From NCBI GenBank assembly GCA_034439475.1, contig JAWXAN010000042.1, positions 64,765 through 128,764 of the forward strand: DNA of 64,000 nt, written 5' to 3'. A program made the position numbers and the translations under genes. The notes below the pieces were generated by a model that made no database searches, was not told the origin of the DNA, and saw only the letters and a list, made by a program, of their open reading frames with translations. Source of the DNA: Candidatus Zixiibacteriota bacterium (GTDB lineage Bacteria; Zixibacteria; MSB-5A5; GN15; FEB-12). This document shows, in pieces, positions 10,601 through 16,792 of the stretch (its first letter is position 1; each line of letters opens with the position of its first letter).

Positions 10601-10965
10601 CATTGGCGCTCGAGTCAATTGTCGAAAGCGGCGCGCCATTTACTCCGACCGTTGATTACCCGAATTTGGAGCCATTAGGTTTGGAGTCCCCGCCTATCAA
10701 TTCGTTGAGAATACCGACGACTGTTAACTTTGATATGCGCTTCTCGAAAGATTTCAAATTGGCCGGCATTGATTACAGCTTTATTCTCGAAATGGCCAAT
10801 ATTCTCAATAGCCGTAATATTGTGGATATCTATGAGAAGACTGGCCGTGCGGATACTGACCAAAACATAGGCGGGTTGGTTCTTGGCGGAACAGATTTTA
10901 ACAATGATCCAGCGAGATATGAGCGCCCCCGTCAGGTACAGGTCGGTCTTCAGATCAGCCTATAA
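7636..10965 (+). CDS. TonB-dependent-receptor-like outer-membrane barrel (carboxypeptidase-regulatory-like domain, plug, beta-barrel) with an inserted Ca-binding loop array
   Basis: GGAGGA RBS. Signal peptide LVFAVLVVLGASSAFSA. CarbopepD_reg-like GTILDKETGEAVIGASVVVVGTKQGAVTNVDGKYTI. Plug-like DNILKQVAGVQQGRGGEIFIRGGRGGEVGYIVDGVPIGDP...ELQIIKDGFDPEYGNALSGIVNI. Long C-terminal beta-strand-rich region. Confidence 0.8.
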   Translation: MVCRANGLLRFHLVFAVLVVLGASSAFSASTGQIKGTILDKETGEAVIGASVVVVGTKQGAVTNVDGKYTILRVDPGTYTLKISSLDYNTVEVTKVDVKVDLTTEISEKMTKQVATIDKQITVVGKRDIIDKYETSGSASITQESISKRPVATVDNILKQVAGVQQGRGGEIFIRGGRGGEVGYIVDGVPIGDPLGGSSAGANLSLVAGSIQELQIIKDGFDPEYGNALSGIVNIRSQVGSKDNTNANIYYTTDDLGNGRLNKYSQNEDFLRLTLSGPDPILTNRILPALGINFLREKEFTYFLYGEVEKHDGDFQYQNYDSPATRKNFGNFNLFGLDIPERLYNRYHFQANTRFRPQQNLKFVFSYKLWDTRTTSFDWSYRFSANTAPVNTQKRQSLSLEVAHEIQKNFTYEAIVSYTNLQNTSRPGDPNNPGKGLDPDQMALQSDWETFSDLNRNGVYDVPEPIINLFPDSAIYGSDFTGPAYTIGEYLSLQNLQGGGSSFANFRFNNNGISDSLEGEPYIDVNGNGVWDRGDDLQDRNGNGIFDRDRRALVGTPLQEPYIDGDSVLGEPFIDLDGNGVYNAGTDNFVRSNDPTINHDLNHDGRYNGPTSIWSPNIPYYDRNGNGLYDAPNFQYNVGEPFTDDNGNGRFDLGGSSTFLDPLTYRPEVIWSRNRTQTYRGEVKIFRQLGAHELKGGFSLQRDVFSYERIDRPYQPYSGRLDGGAYGERGAFRDFFGYDPLQGTFYFRDKIEYGSMIANLGLRLDYFLQDTRDLAVTLRRDDRGGLILGDRQKISPRIGFSYPISDKAKVYFNYGHFFQLATFDRFFARNTSSVDQNAVLGNPNLDYQKTIQYSFGVKYAVNESYSLDVQGYFKDEFDKINQFTDESGPVKRQIYANSDYGRSRGLELTLEKRSGGYVTGQVSYTYAFAFGKASQTNPNYQANYLLTAPLDENPLDNDIRHSLKSIVQVFIPNTVKPRLFGLPIPSGWSLALESIVESGAPFTPTVDYPNLEPLGLESPPINSLRIPTTVNFDMRFSKDFKLAGIDYSFILEMANILNSRNIVDIYEKTGRADTDQNIGGLVLGGTDFNNDPARYERPRQVQVGLQISL
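8992..9600 (+). other. Coding segment for an array of EF-hand / thrombospondin-type-3-like Ca-binding loops inside the receptor
   Basis: Reiterated D/N-x-D/N-G-N-G-x-aromatic-D loops: DLNRNGVYD, DVNGNGVWDRGDD, DRNGNGIFDRD, DLDGNGVYNAGTD, DLNHDGRYN, DRNGNGLYD, DDNGNGRFD. Confidence 0.6.
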
Positions 10966-10974
10966 CACACGAAA

Positions 10975-12012
10975 TTGATAATGGATAAGTTTGGTATGAC
11001 AATAGATGAGGTTACAATGAGACACCCGGTTTTTGATATGGTACGGCGCCGAATGCCCACACTCGATTGCTCCGTTGCTTCTCTTGCGCTGTGCGGGTTG
11101 CTGATGACCTTCGTGGTTTCATTCTCTCCCGCAACTGCTTATGGGCAGGCGAAAGTTGGCACAACGGGCGCGCAGTTTCTTGAACTCGGTGTTTCAGCCA
11201 GAGCGATGGGAATGGGCGAAGCCTTTGCAGCGACTGTCGATGATATTTCGGCGGTCTACTATAATCCGGCGGCGCTTTCTTACCTGCTCGGCAAAGAAGC
11301 CATGGCTACATATATCTCCATGCCGGCAGATATCGGATACGGCTTTGCGGCTATTGGTCTTCCGCTGGAGTCTATTGGAGGCGTGCTGGGAATTGGCACG
11401 TACGCTCTCTCCTCGGGGAGCATGTTGGAGTCTACGTATGGCAGACCCAAGGGAACCGGTCGTGAATTCTCCTACAATGATTTTGCGTTATCACTCGGCT
11501 ACGGCCGATATTTGACTGACCGTTTTTCGGTGGGGCTTACAGTGCGTTATATAGGTGAGTTCACGCATGATTTTGCGGCTTCCGGATGGTCGGCCGATGT
11601 TGGGACGCTTTATAACACCGGTTATCGCGGCTTCAAGATCGCTATGGTTATTACCAATTTCGGCCCCGATCTCAAATTCATCAGCGAGGACTATCCTTTG
11701 CCCATCAATTTCAAATTTGGCGGCTCGATTAATATGCTTGAAATGTCTGATCATGTTGCCACATTTGCAGCCGAAGGCTCTCATCCTTCGGACAATCTGG
11801 AAAAGTATAACGCCGGTGTGGAGTATACCTATAAAGATATGTTTGTACTTCGCGGCGGCAGTAGATTTAACTATGATGTTGATGGATTTACCGCCGGCGG
11901 AGGCGTCCGTCTTCCGTTTGGTCAAGAGAGCGAAATACGGATTGACTATGCCTTTCAGGATTTTGACATCCTGACCGAGGTTCATCGCTTTTCAATGTCT
12001 TTCGGATTTTAA
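10975..12012 (+). CDS. PorV/PorQ-family (FadL-like) outer-membrane beta-barrel protein
   Basis: Signal peptide ending ATAYGQ. N-terminal motif GAQFLELGVSARAMGMGEAFAATVDDISAVYYNPAAL resembles the PorV/PorQ signature. The remainder is alternating beta-strand sequence ending in F. It starts 9 nt after the receptor gene; the start codon is uncertain (in-frame ATGs at 11017, 11038 and 11053). Confidence 0.65.
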   Translation: MIMDKFGMTIDEVTMRHPVFDMVRRRMPTLDCSVASLALCGLLMTFVVSFSPATAYGQAKVGTTGAQFLELGVSARAMGMGEAFAATVDDISAVYYNPAALSYLLGKEAMATYISMPADIGYGFAAIGLPLESIGGVLGIGTYALSSGSMLESTYGRPKGTGREFSYNDFALSLGYGRYLTDRFSVGLTVRYIGEFTHDFAASGWSADVGTLYNTGYRGFKIAMVITNFGPDLKFISEDYPLPINFKFGGSINMLEMSDHVATFAAEGSHPSDNLEKYNAGVEYTYKDMFVLRGGSRFNYDVDGFTAGGGVRLPFGQESEIRIDYAFQDFDILTEVHRFSMSFGF

Positions 12013-12035
12013 GCTGAGGAAGGGTACTTTTTTTA

Positions 12036-14309
12036 ATGAATAATATATTTCGTTTACGACTCTCTCTTGGTCTGTCATTCTTTTGTCTTATTTCTTTGAT
12101 TGCCAGCGGATGTTCCAAGCGTCTTGAAGGTGATAAAATCGACAACGAACAACCGATTGTATGGTTTGTGAATGTTCCGGCAGAGAATACCACATTCTCG
12201 ACCAATCCGATAATCCACTGGGTGGGCCAGGACCGCGATGGTCAGATCCAGTATTACCGTTATGCGGTCATCCGTGAGGATTCAATCGCCAACCGTCTCA
12301 ATCTTCCATTGCCGCTCAGTTTACTGCAGGTTGACAATTTCAGTCGTGATGTCCTGCCTGCTTACATCGATACCATCTGGAAGTACCTCGATGTCAACCC
12401 CCAAGCCGGAGATCCGAAGACAAGCAACATTATTCCGATGTCTGCCGAACTTACCAATCCGGTGACGACCAAGGTTCCGCAATTTGTTTTCATCCAGGCC
12501 TTTGATGACGAACTCATGGGCTCACAAATTGCCTTCCGTAGATTTTTGAGGATAGACAATCCCCCAAATACCTTCGTGACAAACTTCAACCGAGCGGATC
12601 CAGCGACATTTATCGACTCGAAGTTTCCGTTTGGAATTACTGGTGTCAAGATGAGCTGGCGCGGCACGGATGTATTGGATTATCCCGCCGATCCGCCTCC
12701 GTTTGAATTTGAATGGCGTCTCTACGGCCCGTATAACTATAGCGACTCGCTCGCGGATACATCAAGGGACAGAGCCTTTGACAGGATAATGAAAAAGTAT
12801 GTGCAAAAAGTCTTTGTCACCACAGACGCGAAAGTTTATCGTTTTCGGCAGACCCCGCCCGCGTATTTTGATATCTGCGACACGTTTCCCGACTCGATTT
12901 CCTGCCAGAGGATATTCATTGATGCCATTACCGGAAACACTGCCTTTGGAATTATCGATACCCTTTTACTTGTTGATGACACCGGCTTTATAAACGCAGG
13001 CTACAACAAGATTGCTGCGAGTTCTTTCGACGGTATAGATCCATGGGTGTCTGACACTCGCGATTCAATCTACAATGTCTTTGAGTCGGACCCGTCGGAT
13101 GTGACTCGAGATGCCCGATTCATTTTTTGGGTGAGATGCCGTGATGACGCGCTTGTGCCAGATCTCACTCCGGCATTTGTTCATTTTACCGCCGTTGAGG
13201 CCAAGTACGAGCGCGATATTGGTATTGTCGATATGCAGAAAGCGTCAACAGACAACGGGATAATTAATCACAATTCGATTGATTCTCTAAAGTTTGTCCG
13301 AAACTACTGGTCATCGACTATACGCCAATGGAATCTTGACTCAAATCCCGGTGCATCAGCTGTAGAATTTGACAGCTTGAAGGACTATATACGCCCGAAC
13401 ACTGCCCAAGGTTTTACCATCACCTTAAAACAGCTTCTGTCATATAAAGTATTGATTCTTTACAGTGACGACTCGAAGTCGTCTCAGCTGACCGCCAACA
13501 TTGTCAAGAATTTTCTTCCGCAAGCGTTGCAGGCAGGTGTCAATGTTTGGATAATGGGACGTTCATTGCTCGAAGGCTCAAGTTCGGGACCTGTCGGTCT
13601 CCCTCCAAAGTCTCTCGTTCCAATTATCTGCGACCTAAAGTTTCCGAATTATTCGTTCTATTTCGGGGCGATTTCGATGGTCTTCACGGGTTGGGATTAT
13701 TGGGCAAGAAATACGCCTATTGGCACTGCTAATGTCAGAATTGAAGATTTTGTTGGTGCGTATAGTTTAAATCCTAACAAGTGGCCTGACTTAAAGGTGG
13801 ACACGCTTAAACTCGAGAATAGATACAAATGGTCGAAGGCACCCGGTAGTTTTCCTCTCTTCCGCCGTCCGAACGGGCCGGATTCAGGCAAGATGATTGT
13901 CGGCGCGTTGCCGGAGGTCGGTTGGACAGTTCGAGATTTCCGGACTGAAATATCACACCTTTACAAGTCAAAATATGGAGCGTCACATATTCTTCCCTAT
14001 CCCGAATACGTTTTCGACGGTACACCGGTGGCATTCCGACTGGATCGCGGATTCTTCCGAACGGCCCACTGGAACTTTACCCCGTATTCCCTTGAGACCG
14101 ATTCCTCTCAGAAAGTTGTAGGGGAGATGCTCACTTGGCTCTACGCGCCGAAAGCTCAGGCCAGCCCTGATGACTTCACCTCGGGTCAATACTCGACCAG
14201 CGCAAAATACCCTGTCTCAGCTGATGAGATGAGACAGCGTTACTGGAAGCTGTATGACGATAAGTCCAAGAACGCAGAGGATGTCACCTACGGAGTGCCA
14301 ATCAAATAA
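12036..14309 (+). CDS. Hypothetical 757-aa lipoprotein, function unknown
   Basis: Lipobox LIASGC after a hydrophobic N-terminus. It lies 23 nt after the PorV-like gene and is followed by a strong terminator. No family recognised by eye. Confidence 0.7.
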   Translation: MNNIFRLRLSLGLSFFCLISLIASGCSKRLEGDKIDNEQPIVWFVNVPAENTTFSTNPIIHWVGQDRDGQIQYYRYAVIREDSIANRLNLPLPLSLLQVDNFSRDVLPAYIDTIWKYLDVNPQAGDPKTSNIIPMSAELTNPVTTKVPQFVFIQAFDDELMGSQIAFRRFLRIDNPPNTFVTNFNRADPATFIDSKFPFGITGVKMSWRGTDVLDYPADPPPFEFEWRLYGPYNYSDSLADTSRDRAFDRIMKKYVQKVFVTTDAKVYRFRQTPPAYFDICDTFPDSISCQRIFIDAITGNTAFGIIDTLLLVDDTGFINAGYNKIAASSFDGIDPWVSDTRDSIYNVFESDPSDVTRDARFIFWVRCRDDALVPDLTPAFVHFTAVEAKYERDIGIVDMQKASTDNGIINHNSIDSLKFVRNYWSSTIRQWNLDSNPGASAVEFDSLKDYIRPNTAQGFTITLKQLLSYKVLILYSDDSKSSQLTANIVKNFLPQALQAGVNVWIMGRSLLEGSSSGPVGLPPKSLVPIICDLKFPNYSFYFGAISMVFTGWDYWARNTPIGTANVRIEDFVGAYSLNPNKWPDLKVDTLKLENRYKWSKAPGSFPLFRRPNGPDSGKMIVGALPEVGWTVRDFRTEISHLYKSKYGASHILPYPEYVFDGTPVAFRLDRGFFRTAHWNFTPYSLETDSSQKVVGEMLTWLYAPKAQASPDDFTSGQYSTSAKYPVSADEMRQRYWKLYDDKSKNAEDVTYGVPIK

Positions 14310-14335
14310 TTGAGACACTTTGAATTGATTTCAAA

Positions 14336-14366
14336 ACGAGACTGATTACTCAGTCTCGTTTTTTTA
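14336..14366 (+). terminator. Intrinsic terminator of the receptor/PorV/lipoprotein operon
   Basis: Perfect 10-bp stem acgagactga / tcagtctcgt with loop ttac, followed by ttttttt. Confidence 0.8.
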
Positions 14367-16556
14367 TTGTCTGAGTTGGGCTTTGATTTCCATTAGGAGC
14401 GAATCATTGGGAAATCGTCTCAAAGATTCGTTGAGAACCGAGTCGGCCATTAGATTTTCTCCTGTTGAGACTAATCCGCTGATCAGATTTACATATGCTG
14501 CCGAAAGCAGTGAATCATACGCTATCGCCTGTCTGCTGTATGATACGGCATCGGAGAATCGTCCCTGACGTCCAGAAATAAAACCAAGCTGAAAATAGAC
14601 TTTGGCCTTCTCGATGGAAAACTGAGACCGAATTTTGAAGAAATCAGGCTCGCTCATACGAAAATCATTTTCAAGCGGCGGCGGTGTGACAGCGAGCGAC
14701 GCGTCGAGTATCTCTCTCGCGAAATCCAAAACCTGCGATGCTGTAAGTATGGCTGCGGCTTCGTTTATCAGTTGAAGATTTGAGTCAGTGTCTTGGATAG
14801 CGTCTTTGGTGATAGACATAAATGAGTCCACCGGCTCTGTGGCGGCGGCAATCCTCAGCCTTATGTTTTGCGCAATAGGATCATACGGTCGCAAGAGCAG
14901 AGCCTGCTCGATTATCCGTTTGGCTTCGGCCGTTTTGCCTCCAATGAGAGAAAGGGAGGCGAGATTTATATAACTCTTTCCGCGCAATGGATTGGTGCGG
15001 CGCTCTCTTTCGTAGTAGAACCGCGCAGAATCGGTATTATTGAGACGGAAATGCACGTTGCCCAAATTGAAATTAGCCTCGGGAATTGTTGAGTCGATCT
15101 GTAGAGTTTGACTGAAATATGTGAGAGCCTGTTGATACTCTCCTCTGTTGTAGTGAAATAGTCCCTTTGTGGTTTGTAGAAGACCGACATGCGAGTGCGC
15201 GGAGATCTTTATGGGAAGCCAGGAGGTCGCCAAAGCCAGGATAAAGGCGGCGGCGTATTTCCAATGTGATCCGAATAGGCGGAATCGGCTTTGAAACATC
15301 GCTTGGATTGCAATGGCCGCAAAAATAAAATAAAAAGGGAGGAGAGGAAGCCGAAATCGGCTGGTAATAAAGAAAAGAGACCCGAGGGCTATGAATAAAC
15401 CCCACCACAGCACAAGTAACCGAGCTTGCCTGCGGTCCTTATAGGTAATGACTATTCCCAGCACAGCGAAAGGGAAGATAAGCCCGAATCGAAGCGGGTT
15501 TGAAGTCAGAAGAAAAATGCCGGCAAGTTTCGGTTCGCCCACTCGGTTGTTTGCGATCTCCCGGTTACTAAAATTGAGGAGAAGTTTTTTTGCCGTGAGT
15601 TTAAAAAAAGAAAACGGATTTTCAAAAATCCACTGGAATGCGCGATCTGTCCAGTAGTCGGATACTTTGCCGGGGGATAATTTTTCGCCCAATGTTTTCT
15701 CGGCAAAGAATGCGATATCAGCATATTGCCAGTTGAAGCCAAGCGGCTCGGGGAGGAAGGCGGATACTCCGTCGGCAGTTTCATTGTTTCCAATAAAAAA
15801 GTTAATCCCCCCTTGCGAGGCGATAAGCACAGATTCATCGCCTACAAGACGATTTCGGAGTGTCACCGGACCAATAACAAGCAATGCGGCGAGCGCCAAC
15901 ACGGCAAGATTCATGAGAGTCTCGCGCCGAGTGCCACTAAGGCGGATAACGAGAGTTGCCAGGAGCGGAAGAAAAAGAAGCGCTGTCGGTCTGGTCAGTG
16001 CGGAAAGAGAAAAGAGCGCGGACACCAAAAACAATAATTTCTGTGACGGCTTTTCTCTCCAGTTGAGAATCTGAAAAAAGGCAATTTGCAATAGAAGCAC
16101 GAAAAGGGGATCCGCGAGCAATTCGGATTCGAAGTAGAGCATTGCCGGATAGAAGGCATGGATCATAGCCGCAATGAGACCCACAGTGCGCGAGGAAAGC
16201 TTCTCGCCCAAGCGAAATGTCATGTAAACTGACGCAAGGCCGATAGCCAGGCCAAGGAAGCGGGCAGCCCATAACGATGGCTCAATCAGCGCATAGAAAA
16301 AGGCCAGAACAAATGTATAGAAAGGCGCTCGGAAATATGTCGTTTCGCCAAAAATATTCCCTCTCGCAATCGTCTGAGCCCAGTTGTGGTAGTAGTAGTT
16401 ATCAATAGTCAGTTGATCCCAATCAGGAAGGCCCTGATAGAGGTAGAGATAGAGCAGGCGAACACAAGCCGCGAGACCTAATACGAGAAATAGAGGGTAG
16501 GTTTGTTTGCTCGGATGGAATTTCGAAAAGGTCATCGGCCAAATATAGCATGACAC
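14364..16556 (-). CDS. Polytopic GT39/ArnT-PMT-like glycosyltransferase fused to C-terminal TPR repeats
   Basis: About 430 aa of multiple TM helices with the layout typical of GT-C dolichyl/undecaprenyl-phosphate-sugar transferases, then ~300 aa of TPR-like repeats (YNRGEYQQALTYFSQTLQIDS..., GRFSDAVSYSRQAIAYDS...). Confidence 0.65.
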   Translation of the reverse strand: MSCYIWPMTFSKFHPSKQTYPLFLVLGLAACVRLLYLYLYQGLPDWDQLTIDNYYYHNWAQTIARGNIFGETTYFRAPFYTFVLAFFYALIEPSLWAARFLGLAIGLASVYMTFRLGEKLSSRTVGLIAAMIHAFYPAMLYFESELLADPLFVLLLQIAFFQILNWREKPSQKLLFLVSALFSLSALTRPTALLFLPLLATLVIRLSGTRRETLMNLAVLALAALLVIGPVTLRNRLVGDESVLIASQGGINFFIGNNETADGVSAFLPEPLGFNWQYADIAFFAEKTLGEKLSPGKVSDYWTDRAFQWIFENPFSFFKLTAKKLLLNFSNREIANNRVGEPKLAGIFLLTSNPLRFGLIFPFAVLGIVITYKDRRQARLLVLWWGLFIALGSLFFITSRFRLPLLPFYFIFAAIAIQAMFQSRFRLFGSHWKYAAAFILALATSWLPIKISAHSHVGLLQTTKGLFHYNRGEYQQALTYFSQTLQIDSTIPEANFNLGNVHFRLNNTDSARFYYERERRTNPLRGKSYINLASLSLIGGKTAEAKRIIEQALLLRPYDPIAQNIRLRIAAATEPVDSFMSITKDAIQDTDSNLQLINEAAAILTASQVLDFAREILDASLAVTPPPLENDFRMSEPDFFKIRSQFSIEKAKVYFQLGFISGRQGRFSDAVSYSRQAIAYDSLLSAAYVNLISGLVSTGENLMADSVLNESLRRFPNDSLLMEIKAQLRQ

Positions 16557-16758
16557 AATTAATTACAGGCAAAAAAGTGTTTTATTTATCTGCATTTGGG
16601 TGCATGGTAATACTGCATCCTGATAACTGGCAATTGTCAACTACAGTTTACGGACGACTTGACTACGTGCTGCTTTAAGCTCATGGCTTTGATGGGGATA
16701 GAATATTTACTAAAAAGTGTTATGACCTGAGTTGCAGAGTTATGTAGCCATTAAGTCA

Positions 16759-16774
16759 CGGCATATCCTTTGCT
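16759..16774 (+). promoter_or_regulatory. Candidate sigma-54 (-24/-12) promoter upstream of the S8 protease gene
   Basis: cGGCATATCCTTTGCT. GG (16760-61) and GC (16772-73) have the canonical spacing (GGCA-N6-TTGC, against consensus TGGCACG-N4-TTGCW). It lies 20-38 nt upstream of the possible start codons, and an AAGGAG RBS follows at 16801. Confidence 0.4.
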
Positions 16775-16792
16775 CTTTGACTCCTTGTTGAA

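Noticed and set aside
11491-11985. 164-aa minus-strand ORF, plus the 11141-11515 and 11555-11974 plus-strand off-frame ORFs.
   Set aside because: All lie within the PorV/PorQ-like gene, whose frame carries the signal peptide and family motif. The alternatives have no features.
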